DNA of 42,364 nt, from assembly GCA_051746405.1 (NCBI GenBank), contig JBNJFB010000019.1, positions 1 to 42,364 of the forward strand, in the 5' to 3' direction. The DNA is from Campylobacterota bacterium (lineage in GTDB: Bacteria > Campylobacterota > Campylobacteria > Campylobacterales > Arcobacteraceae). Below, piece by piece: positions 19,011 to 27,496 of this stretch. Position numbers and translations under genes: made by a program. Within the stretch, counting starts at the first letter, position 1, and each line of letters opens with the position of its first letter. Below the pieces are notes generated by a model. The model did not search any database. It was not told the DNA's origin and saw nothing but the letters and a program-made list of their open reading frames with translations.

Positions 19011-21185
19011 ATGATTGGAGCACTTTGGACAGGTATATCAGGATTATCGTCACAACAACAAGCATTAGATAGTGAATCAAATAATATAGCAAATGTAAAT
19101 ACAATAGGATATAAATCATCAAGAATATCATTTGCAGATCAAATGTATCAAGATAGAATCGGTAAAGGTTCAAAAATACTTGATGCAGAGAAACTTTATA
19201 CACAGGGTAATCTAAAATTAACAGGTGTTGATTACGATATGGCCTTAAGTGGAGAGGGGTTTTATACTGTTGCAAATACAAGGTCAACAGGTACGACTGA
19301 GAACTTCTACACAAGAGCAGGTAACTTTAGAATGGGTGATAATGGAACTTTGCAAGACTCAGCTGGAAATGAGGTTCAAGGTTGGATGATGAGACCTATT
19401 GATACCCAAAAAGATGTATTAAGTACAAATCCAAATGTGGATGAATTTACAAATGAATATACTAAAATGCTCTCATCAAAAGTTATAAAGCATAGTAACT
19501 ATGTGGAGACAATCACTGCAAAAGCTACAGATTATACACAAACTGCTAAGAGTGATTCTGAAACTATTTTTGATGGATATGGACTAAAAAGTAAATCTTC
19601 AAAAATATCAGATATAGAAGCTGCAATTAAAGATTATTCTAAATGGTTACAAAGACTCTCAGAAGAGCCAGATGGAGCTTCAGCTACTTCAATAGCACAA
19701 ACAACACATATAAACTTTCAAACAGAAAAAAATGATGCACTAATTTCAAAAGAGGGTGATCAAGTATACGCATTTGTAAATGGAACAAAATATTCACAAA
19801 ACTATATACAAGCAAGTGCAGACCAGCAGTTTAAAGAGAATTTATGGAATAACTCAGATTCAGATTTTAAAACAGATTATGGATTGACAACTGATCCCTC
19901 AACAGGTACACCAAGTGCTGCAGAGAATGATACTTATGATTTATTAGCAAGTAGAATAGAGACCTATAAAGGTTTATCAAATAAGCTCTCAGAAATACCT
20001 GGACTTGTGGCACATATATCAAAAGAGCAAGGTGGCTTAAATGATGTACTAGAAGTAAATGATAGTTTTGCACCAAATACAAATGATGTGGCAGAGATGG
20101 TAAAGGGGATAATACAGATAAAATCATTAATACCAGGAGAGGAGTTTACTGTATCTGAAGTTGGAGAAGTATCAGGCTCTACAACAATTCAGGGTAACTC
20201 TCTAACACAAACACAAGCACAAGCAGGTCAAGGAATTGGTGCACTAGAGTCTTCAAGGGATGCTTTATCTAAGCTTATTACAGGTAAGCAAAGAGATGTT
20301 TATACACCTCAAGATATTGGCTTAGCTCCTGATGGCTCACAAACACAAGACTTCACATATGGTATTACTATTTATGATAAAGAGTTACAGCAAAGTGTAC
20401 CTATACCAAATGATGGTGCAACTCCTCCTAAAGGATTAGATATATTTATTGATGATGCCACTTCAATTGATGATGTGGTTGCTGCTATAAATGATTCAAC
20501 TGCTACAACATATGATGATAATGGAGCTGCAAGTGCAACTGTATTAAATAATATGCCTGATTATATTGTTGCAAAAAATGTAAATGGAAATCTTGTTATT
20601 GAAACTAAAGATGAGAATTATGATGTTGAGTTTACAGGTTCTATGAAGCAATCAAGTGATTTTAACTTGCCTATAGATGATACAAATGTAATTTATCAAC
20701 CACTAGATAAAAACAATGATTACAGTGGAAGAATGGGTGCAGGTGCTGAGTTTATTGAACTTAAAAACATTGTTGACCAAACAGCAACAAAGGGTTCATT
20801 ACAATTAAGACTTGATACTTTAGGAATTTCTGATTCTGCATTTGGTGAGTTTAATGTTGATAATACGGGGCTTATTACAATGAGACAAGATGGTGCTGAT
20901 TTTGCTATTGGACAGGTATCTATTGCACTATTTAATAACAATAGAGGATTAAATCCAGTTGGAGATAACTTACTTGCTAAAACTAATCAATCAGGTGAGC
21001 CTATTTATAACCTAAATAATGATAAAACAGCAAAAGTTGAGGGTCAGACACTTGAGCTTAGTACTGCTGATTTAAGTGAGAGTTTAGTAAACCTTATGGT
21101 ATTTCAAAGAGCTTTTGAAGCAAATGCTAAATCTATTACAACATCAGACCAGTTGTTAAATACATTGATTAACTTAAAAAGATAA
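19011..21185 (+). CDS. flgE: Flagellar hook protein FlgE (long, 724 aa)
   Basis: SNNIANVNTIGYK, FYTRAGNF and LELSTADLSESLVNLMVFQRAFEANAKSITTSD; AAGGA RBS. Confidence 0.9.
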   Translation: MIGALWTGISGLSSQQQALDSESNNIANVNTIGYKSSRISFADQMYQDRIGKGSKILDAEKLYTQGNLKLTGVDYDMALSGEGFYTVANTRSTGTTENFYTRAGNFRMGDNGTLQDSAGNEVQGWMMRPIDTQKDVLSTNPNVDEFTNEYTKMLSSKVIKHSNYVETITAKATDYTQTAKSDSETIFDGYGLKSKSSKISDIEAAIKDYSKWLQRLSEEPDGASATSIAQTTHINFQTEKNDALISKEGDQVYAFVNGTKYSQNYIQASADQQFKENLWNNSDSDFKTDYGLTTDPSTGTPSAAENDTYDLLASRIETYKGLSNKLSEIPGLVAHISKEQGGLNDVLEVNDSFAPNTNDVAEMVKGIIQIKSLIPGEEFTVSEVGEVSGSTTIQGNSLTQTQAQAGQGIGALESSRDALSKLITGKQRDVYTPQDIGLAPDGSQTQDFTYGITIYDKELQQSVPIPNDGATPPKGLDIFIDDATSIDDVVAAINDSTATTYDDNGAASATVLNNMPDYIVAKNVNGNLVIETKDENYDVEFTGSMKQSSDFNLPIDDTNVIYQPLDKNNDYSGRMGAGAEFIELKNIVDQTATKGSLQLRLDTLGISDSAFGEFNVDNTGLITMRQDGADFAIGQVSIALFNNNRGLNPVGDNLLAKTNQSGEPIYNLNNDKTAKVEGQTLELSTADLSESLVNLMVFQRAFEANAKSITTSDQLLNTLINLKR

Positions 21186-21188
21186 TAG

Positions 21189-21218
21189 ACTAAATAGAGT
21201 TTTACTCTATTTGGTTTT
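21189..21218 (+). terminator. Rho-independent terminator after flgE
   Basis: ACTAAATAGAGT-TTT-ACTCTATTTGGT 12-bp stem (one G-U) followed by TTT. Confidence 0.75.
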
Positions 21219-21233
21219 ACAAATAGGATTGTT

Positions 21234-21563
21234 TTGGAAAATTTTTTACTAATTACAGTTTTAGGGGTATTATTACTATATTTCTTTTCTAGTTCTAGTG
21301 TTTATAAGTCTTTATATAAAAAAGTAAATGAAGAGAAGAATATTCTTGATGAAGAGATTAAAAGGCTTCAAAATATCATAGAAAGATATGAAAAACAAGC
21401 AAAAATTAGCTCCAAAACCTTAGCAAATAGCCATGATAATCTACAAGTTGCAAGGGATGATTTACAAGAAGCTAGAATAGAAGCAATTAATTTAAGACAA
21501 AGAGTAGAAAAGCTTGAACAAAGAAATGAAGAGCTTTATGCTCAAGTTAATACGATGGTTTAG
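21234..21563 (+). CDS. Hypothetical membrane-anchored coiled-coil protein
   Basis: N-terminal hydrophobic helix, then a continuous heptad pattern; TTG start with an AGGA RBS. Confidence 0.7.
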   Translation: MENFLLITVLGVLLLYFFSSSSVYKSLYKKVNEEKNILDEEIKRLQNIIERYEKQAKISSKTLANSHDNLQVARDDLQEARIEAINLRQRVEKLEQRNEELYAQVNTMV

Positions 21564-21572
21564 GATAGATAG

Positions 21573-23573
21573 TTGAAAAGTTTAATATATAAGATATTTT
21601 TTTTGGTAATATTTAACTGTACACTATTTGCTAATGAGTTAATAAAATCACAACCTGAGATTCTTTTTGAGTTTGATAAACTTGAGAAGTCCCAACAAAA
21701 TTTAGAGGTTCAAGTTAAATTTAATAAGGCGGTTTTACTTCTAGGAAAGCAGAAGTATAAAGAGGCTATTGAGCTTTTAAATCAAACTTCAAAATATTTA
21801 GAAATACCATCAAAGCTTAATATAGCTATAGGGTATTATAAATTAGGCGCAATTGACAAAGCTGTAATTTATTTAAACTCTATTTATGAAGATAAAAAAA
21901 ACAGAACTAATAATACATACTCTTATATGTCAAGTTGTTACTATCTTTATGAGATTTCAAAAGATAATAAATATTTAAATGAAATTGTTAATGTGGCAAA
22001 ACAGTACCAAAAATTAACAGAACACTCTAAAAGAATGCTTGCTGATACTTTTATTTTATTAAAAGAGTATAGAAGTGCTTTAAGGGTTTTAGAAAAAATG
22101 CAGTATGCTATGGAGCTAAAAAAGGCTTTAATACATATGAAGTTAAAAAACTATGAAAAAGCATATGTGGAACTACAAAAAGCACTAAATCAAGTGGTAA
22201 ATCCAACAAGAGAAAATGAGATACTATGGTTTATGATTTTCAATGACCTTAAGTCTAATAATATTGATAGATTAAGGGAAACAATGGATTTAATTACTCA
22301 AAGAAAAACTCTATTTGAAGTAAATATGAGATTGCCATTGGAGATATTTTTTAATAAAAACAAGTATGAACCAAATCAATATTTAGATTTTGTTACAAAA
22401 TTAGATAAAAGTAGAGAGTATAACTTCTTATTTTATTTTGCACCATTTATTTTTTCTGATTCTCAAGAGATTATTTATGATAGTGCAAGAGGGTTTATAG
22501 CAAAAAATGATAATAGTTTAGAAAATTTAGAGAATATGGTTGAATTTAACTCAAAGTTTTTAGATATCATAAAGTTAGATCCAATTGTAAGGGTAAATAA
22601 GTTAAAAGAGATTGTAAAACAAAATAGTGATAATAAATCATATATAAACTATAATTTAGCCTTATCATATGCACATATACAAGACTATCATAATGCTTAT
22701 GTGCATCTAAAAAAAGCATTTAAGCAAAATCCAGGTAATAAACTCTATGCATCACTTATGCTCGTAATTGCACAAAAGTTAGATTTAACACTTAATGATA
22801 AAGCTTATATTGAAAATATTATTAATTCACAATCAGGTATGTATAACTATTTTGGAAAGAAAATATACAAACTATATATAAATAATGAAAAAGAGTTTGA
22901 TGAAAAAACGTTAAACTATCAAAATACGGTTTTTTATAAAGCACTTGATTATTTAGAACAATTAAGGAAAAATAGTGTAAATATAAATCATCCTTTACTA
23001 GTTGAACATATAAAAGACCCATTGATTTATTTAATGAAATTAATTTATAGGAAACCAAACAAAAGTGATTTTGAGTACTATTCAAGACTTCAAGACACAA
23101 TTCCTTTGAGGTTGAATAACAACTTTTTAGAGGGACCTTTGGTAATAACTAAATACTATATTGATATTTTAAAAGCATTGGGTTTATTACAAAAAGCTGA
23201 TTTTGATATAACTAGTAAGAAAAGCCCCTCTTATTTAAGAACAAAAGCTTTAATTGATTTGCACTACTCTAATCCCGATGAAGCTATAAAAACTATTCAA
23301 TATTTACAAGATGAGTATGAATTAGAGGATAAATATACCATGTATCTATTGGTTGCAGCTTATTTGGAAGCAGGTCGTTATAATGATGCATCAATTCAAA
23401 TTTCACTAATAAAAGCAATATTAAAAGATAATAATGCAAATTTTTTAACAGGGGTACAACTAATTCAAGATTTGAAGTTTTCAAGTGCAAAGCAGCTAAT
23501 TGTTAAACCTTATAAAGATGCATTAATTGATTTTAAGTTAGTTGGATTTGATGATTATTTAGAATCTCTTTAG
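21573..23573 (+). CDS. TPR-repeat flagellar motor accessory protein, PflB-like
   Basis: Signal-peptide-like N-terminus, TPR helices, and LFYFAP and YNLALSYA motifs that I recall from Campylobacterota PflB; location in the flagellar cluster. Confidence 0.65.
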   Translation: MKSLIYKIFFLVIFNCTLFANELIKSQPEILFEFDKLEKSQQNLEVQVKFNKAVLLLGKQKYKEAIELLNQTSKYLEIPSKLNIAIGYYKLGAIDKAVIYLNSIYEDKKNRTNNTYSYMSSCYYLYEISKDNKYLNEIVNVAKQYQKLTEHSKRMLADTFILLKEYRSALRVLEKMQYAMELKKALIHMKLKNYEKAYVELQKALNQVVNPTRENEILWFMIFNDLKSNNIDRLRETMDLITQRKTLFEVNMRLPLEIFFNKNKYEPNQYLDFVTKLDKSREYNFLFYFAPFIFSDSQEIIYDSARGFIAKNDNSLENLENMVEFNSKFLDIIKLDPIVRVNKLKEIVKQNSDNKSYINYNLALSYAHIQDYHNAYVHLKKAFKQNPGNKLYASLMLVIAQKLDLTLNDKAYIENIINSQSGMYNYFGKKIYKLYINNEKEFDEKTLNYQNTVFYKALDYLEQLRKNSVNINHPLLVEHIKDPLIYLMKLIYRKPNKSDFEYYSRLQDTIPLRLNNNFLEGPLVITKYYIDILKALGLLQKADFDITSKKSPSYLRTKALIDLHYSNPDEAIKTIQYLQDEYELEDKYTMYLLVAAYLEAGRYNDASIQISLIKAILKDNNANFLTGVQLIQDLKFSSAKQLIVKPYKDALIDFKLVGFDDYLESL

Positions 23574-23620
23574 TTTTTATTTTAAAAAAAAGTTTTTTAA
23601 CTTATTATTTTAAATTTTTC

Positions 23621-23629
23621 TGCTATAAT
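23621..23629 (+). promoter_or_regulatory. Extended -10 sigma70-type promoter candidate upstream of flaG-fliY-motAB
   Basis: TGCTATAAT, a perfect TGnTATAAT, with periodic T-tracts upstream; 34 nt before an ATG with an AGGAGG RBS. Confidence 0.7.
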
Positions 23630-23663
23630 ATTTAAAAATAGTATCTCTCAAAGGAGGCTTACC

Positions 23664-23984
23664 ATGCAAATAGGCAGAGTGCCAGAGATTGATAATGCAC
23701 AACAAAACAATACTCAAAAAATTCAAAGAGTAAGTGAAGCAAATCAAACAAATAAAATCGTTAGTAATGAAGAGTATAAAAAAGCTTTAGGAAGTAATTC
23801 AGATATAAAGCTAAATGAAGTTGTTATTGATAATGTAAGGTTTGGATTTAATAAAGACTCTAAAGACTTTTTTATAAAAGTAACTAAAGGAGATGCAGAG
23901 TTCAAGTATCCAACTGAAGATATGATGAAAGTAAAAGCATTTCTAATGCAAGAACTAAAAGAAATTCAAAATAGACAAGGTTAG
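23664..23984 (+). CDS. flaG: FlaG-like protein
   Basis: C-terminal VRFGFNKDSKDFFIKV...YPTEDMMK resembles the FlaG core; typical size. Confidence 0.6.
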   Translation: MQIGRVPEIDNAQQNNTQKIQRVSEANQTNKIVSNEEYKKALGSNSDIKLNEVVIDNVRFGFNKDSKDFFIKVTKGDAEFKYPTEDMMKVKAFLMQELKEIQNRQG

Positions 23985-23989
23985 ATTAA

Positions 23990-24883
23990 TTGGCATCAGA
24001 TTTATCAAATATATTTAAAGATGAACTTGCAAATACATTAGAACAGCTGTTATCTAATAGCTCTTCGGTTGAAACAATAAATGCATTTTCTATTGAAAAT
24101 TATGAGTCATCACAGTTTATTGAAGCAGAAGCAAAGTTTGAGTTTAAAGATATATCTGCAAAGGTTATTTTTTATATTCCTACTGTAACTGCTACTAAGT
24201 TTGAGTATTTAATGCTTGGAGGAATGGGTGACTTAAAAGAGCATATTGATGATGAAATAACCGATGCAGTTAATGAAATAATATCAAATGTTTGTGGTAG
24301 CTTCTCAACTGCTATTAATGCTCAAGGTTATGAGGATGTGGGTTCTATTAAGACTGAAGTTTTAGGCTCTAAAATTGTAGAGAGTGATGCACCATCTTCT
24401 AAAGATAACATTTATGAAATAATGGTCTCTTTAGGTGATGAAAAGCTTCCTATTATTATAAGCTTTGAAGAGATATTACTACCTTTTTTCTCCACTATTA
24501 CAGGTGCAGATTCTGAGTCATCTTCAAATGAAAGTGAAGATGCAAAAAAAGAAGAAAAAAAGCAAGATACAGCATCAAAGGCTTCAAGCACAGAATCAAC
24601 TAGCAATCAGATGCAAGCACCTAAAAACTTAGAGCTTTTATATAGTGTGAAAATGAAATTAAGTGTAAGACTTGGTACAAAAATAGTTTTACTAAAAGAT
24701 ATTTTAAGATGGGATATTGGAGAAATAATTGAATTAGAGCAAATGGTAAATGAGCCTTTGGAAGTACTTGTAAATGGAGTGAAAATTGGTGAGGGTGAAG
24801 CTGTAATTGTTGAGGGAAAATTTGGACTTAAAATAAAAAAAATTGGCAATAGTGATTTAAGATTAAGTCAAGTGGGGATTTAG
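23990..24883 (+). CDS. fliY: Flagellar switch protein FliY (CheC-like domain plus SpoA domain)
   Basis: CheC-like DAVNEIISNVCGS region; C-terminal NLELL...VRLG...GEAVIVEGKFGLKI SpoA domain. Confidence 0.82.
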   Translation: MASDLSNIFKDELANTLEQLLSNSSSVETINAFSIENYESSQFIEAEAKFEFKDISAKVIFYIPTVTATKFEYLMLGGMGDLKEHIDDEITDAVNEIISNVCGSFSTAINAQGYEDVGSIKTEVLGSKIVESDAPSSKDNIYEIMVSLGDEKLPIIISFEEILLPFFSTITGADSESSSNESEDAKKEEKKQDTASKASSTESTSNQMQAPKNLELLYSVKMKLSVRLGTKIVLLKDILRWDIGEIIELEQMVNEPLEVLVNGVKIGEGEAVIVEGKFGLKIKKIGNSDLRLSQVGI

Positions 24884-24886
24884 TTT

Positions 24887-25642
24887 ATGGATAAAAGTAC
24901 AATAGCTGGCTTAGTAGGTGGTTGGGGTTTTGTTGCCCTAGCAATTGTTTTAGGTGGAGTGGGGTTTGGTCCTTATATAGATATACCATCTGTAATTATT
25001 GTATTTGGTGGTACAATAGCTGTAACAGCAGGTCAGTTTGAGCCATCTGAACTAAAAAGAGTAACTTCAGCAATGAAAGTTGCTGTAAATGAAACAAAAG
25101 TGGAACCACTACCTGAGTTAGTAGAAAAAATTATATTTTATGCAACTGAGATAAAAAAGCACGGGGTAATGCAAATAGAGCAAAAAGTTCTTGAGGAGAA
25201 AGATCCTTTTTTTAAAGAGGGGTTTCAACTTTTAGTAGATGGTACAAAAGCAGAAGTTTTAAAGCCACTTTTAGAGTATAAATTAGAGCATATGGAAAAA
25301 AGACATAAATCAATGATTACTCTATTTAGTAATGCAGGTGGAACAGCAGGTGCTATGGGTATGATTGGTACATTAGTTGGACTTGTTGCAATGCTAGCAA
25401 ACTTATCAGACCCAGCTGCTGTTGGTCCTGCTATGGCTGTTGCTTTACTTACAACAATGTATGGTGCTTTAATTGGTACTTTATTAGCGGGTGTTTTTGA
25501 AAATAAACTACAAAATAAGCATGAGAAAGAGGTTACTTCGTATGAAGTTATAATACAAGGTACTACAATGATAGCAGCTGAAGAGTCAATAGGTAATATT
25601 AAGATGCAATTAAATGCTATTTTAGTTGAAGCTGAAGAGTAG
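24887..25642 (+). CDS. motA: Flagellar stator A subunit (PomA-like MotA)
   Basis: IDIPSVIIVFGGT, LLVDG and AMGMIGTLVGLVAML...GPAMAVALLTTMYGA. Confidence 0.95.
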   Translation: MDKSTIAGLVGGWGFVALAIVLGGVGFGPYIDIPSVIIVFGGTIAVTAGQFEPSELKRVTSAMKVAVNETKVEPLPELVEKIIFYATEIKKHGVMQIEQKVLEEKDPFFKEGFQLLVDGTKAEVLKPLLEYKLEHMEKRHKSMITLFSNAGGTAGAMGMIGTLVGLVAMLANLSDPAAVGPAMAVALLTTMYGALIGTLLAGVFENKLQNKHEKEVTSYEVIIQGTTMIAAEESIGNIKMQLNAILVEAEE

Positions 25643-25654
25643 AAAGAATAAAAA

Positions 25655-26431
25655 ATGGCTCAAAAGAAGTGTCCTGAGTGTCCTAAATGTGTTCCTGGTT
25701 GGCTTGTTCAGTTTGGGGATTTAATGTCATTGCTATTGACCTTTTTTATTTTGCTTTTATCCATGGCTGTAATGGATAAAAAGAAGGTTGAAGAGTATTT
25801 TGATATTATGAAAAAATCTATGGGTTTTATTGATAAAACAACTTCTGTTGAAACGCAAACACAAAAAAATAGTACTGCACAAAGTACTTCACAAGATAGT
25901 CAAAGTGAGAGTTCTCAAGATAGTATGGCTCAAGAAGCAGCACAAGATATGGCAGAGATAATACAAGAGATAAATGCAAACTCTGCTAGTGAATTGCAAG
26001 AAGTTAGTATAGAAAAAGGTAAAAATGAGTTTACCCTTGATATTCCTTCAACTATTATTTTTAAGGAAGGTGAGTATGAGTTAAATAGTCCTGCTGCAAA
26101 AAATTTTGTAGCAAAAATAGCAAGGGTAATAAGAACTATGCCACAAACTTTTAATATTGAAATTATAGGGCATACGGATAGAAGTCAAATAAATAGTGAT
26201 GAAATACCAAGGGATGGATGGGATATATCCGCACTAAGGTCAATTTCTGTTGTTAAAGAGCTAATAAAAAATAGAATTGACCCTGGTGTTTTAAAAGTCG
26301 CTGCATATAGCTCATATCATCCAAAAAGTGAGCTTGCATCTGATAATAGAAGAGTAGAAATGAGATTTTTTGCACAAGAAACTCAAGATAATCTCTTGAG
26401 TGAAGAAAGCTTTTTTGATAGGTTGGAATAA
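25655..26431 (+). CDS. motB: Flagellar stator B subunit (PomB-like MotB) with OmpA-like peptidoglycan-binding domain
   Basis: WLVQFGDLMSLLLTFFILL with the conserved Asp; GHTD, WDISALR and NRRVE motifs. Confidence 0.95.
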   Translation: MAQKKCPECPKCVPGWLVQFGDLMSLLLTFFILLLSMAVMDKKKVEEYFDIMKKSMGFIDKTTSVETQTQKNSTAQSTSQDSQSESSQDSMAQEAAQDMAEIIQEINANSASELQEVSIEKGKNEFTLDIPSTIIFKEGEYELNSPAAKNFVAKIARVIRTMPQTFNIEIIGHTDRSQINSDEIPRDGWDISALRSISVVKELIKNRIDPGVLKVAAYSSYHPKSELASDNRRVEMRFFAQETQDNLLSEESFFDRLE

Positions 26432-26727
26432 TGGAAATAAACAGTAATTTAATAAATATGTCACAAATACAAAATCAAAAAGATTTTAGTAATATTAAAA
26501 CTAAAGATTTACAAGAGGAGCAACTGCGAAAAGTAAGTGATGACTTTGAAGCATTTTTTTTAAAAAAAATAATGGACTCATCATTGAAGTCAGTTGATGT
26601 GGCTGGTAGCTCACCTGGTTCTGATATAATTAAAGGTATGTACACTGATAATATTTCAAAAAGTGCAACTGGTTCTTTAGGAATAAGTGATATGCTTTAT
26701 GATTTTTTATCAAGGAATAATAAGTAA
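26431..26727 (+). CDS. flgJ: Rod-binding protein (single-domain FlgJ, no muramidase domain)
   Basis: LRKVSDDFEAFFLKKIM...GSLGISDMLY matches the FlgJ N-terminal rod-cap pattern. Confidence 0.75.
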   Translation: MEINSNLINMSQIQNQKDFSNIKTKDLQEEQLRKVSDDFEAFFLKKIMDSSLKSVDVAGSSPGSDIIKGMYTDNISKSATGSLGISDMLYDFLSRNNK

Positions 26728-26739
26728 AAGGACGCAGTA

Positions 26740-27117
26740 ATGATTGATGAGATTGTAGATAAAATGAATATTTTAGTTGAAGATTTAAAAATCTCTATAC
26801 AAGAAGATATTGATGATATAAAAGCTGGGAAAAATGAAGGTTTACTTGAAAGAAATGATGAAAAACATAATATGATAAATGAAATATCCTCTTTAAAGTC
26901 AGATTTAAATCAAGAGCTTATCTCTCAAATGAAATCAGGAGTGGATGTTAATATATATAGACACAAAGTAGATTCATTAGAGGAGAAACTAAAAGAGCTT
27001 TATGAACTAAACAAGCGTTTAGCTTCAATAGTTTTACCTGTAAAAAAGATGTATGAAGATTTAGTAGATGAAATTTCAACTGCAAATGGAGGACAAATTT
27101 TTGATCTTAAGGCTTAG
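26740..27117 (+). CDS. FlgN-like helical export chaperone (putative)
   Basis: All-helical 125-aa protein after flgJ, with an LKELYELNKRL pattern like the FlgN C-terminal helix. Confidence 0.5.
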   Translation: MIDEIVDKMNILVEDLKISIQEDIDDIKAGKNEGLLERNDEKHNMINEISSLKSDLNQELISQMKSGVDVNIYRHKVDSLEEKLKELYELNKRLASIVLPVKKMYEDLVDEISTANGGQIFDLKA

Positions 27118-27496
27118 TTTACTAGTTTTACTGTTTTTTTCTAATAGTTATGCTGTATCTGTTCTTATTGCCATTAAGCCATTTCAATATGAACAGAAGA
27201 TAACAAAATCTGATTTAAGATTAATTACAATTGATAAGTTAAGAAAAAACTGTAAACCTTTAACTTTAGATGATTTAAAAAAAGATGAGTATATAACTAC
27301 TCACTATATAAATGATAAGTCTATTATTTGTAAAAAAGATGTAAAAGTTTATAAAAAGCAAGGGGTGACTTTTAAGTTTGGTGCATTAGAGATTGAGAAA
27401 AAAGGCCGTGTAATATATGAGAATGATGATTTTATTAGAATAAAAAAGATAGATGGGACAATAGAGAAAATATATAAAGATGGTAAAATAAGATGA
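27101..27496 (+). CDS. flgA: Short FlgA-like (SAF-domain) periplasmic protein
   Basis: Probable TTG start at 27101 with a GGAGG RBS at 27088-27092; signal peptide ending SYA; ITKSDL, LEIEKKG and DFIRIK resemble the FlgA C-terminal domains. Confidence 0.55.
   Translation: MILRLSLLVLLFFSNSYAVSVLIAIKPFQYEQKITKSDLRLITIDKLRKNCKPLTLDDLKKDEYITTHYINDKSIICKKDVKVYKKQGVTFKFGALEIEKKGRVIYENDDFIRIKKIDGTIEKIYKDGKIR

Noticed and set aside
23584..23598. Poly-A/poly-T tracts here and elsewhere as phase-variation sites
   Set aside because: Runs of 7-9 A or T are expected at this AT content; I saw no long poly-G/C tracts and no frameshifted genes.
23990..24006. TTGGCATCAGATTTATC as a sigma54 promoter
   Set aside because: Lacks the -12 GC and overlaps the fliY start codon.
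23990..24883. FliY as a second CheY~P phosphatase
   Set aside because: The motif reads EIISN rather than the catalytic ExxN, like the inactive Helicobacter-type FliY, so a structural role is more likely.
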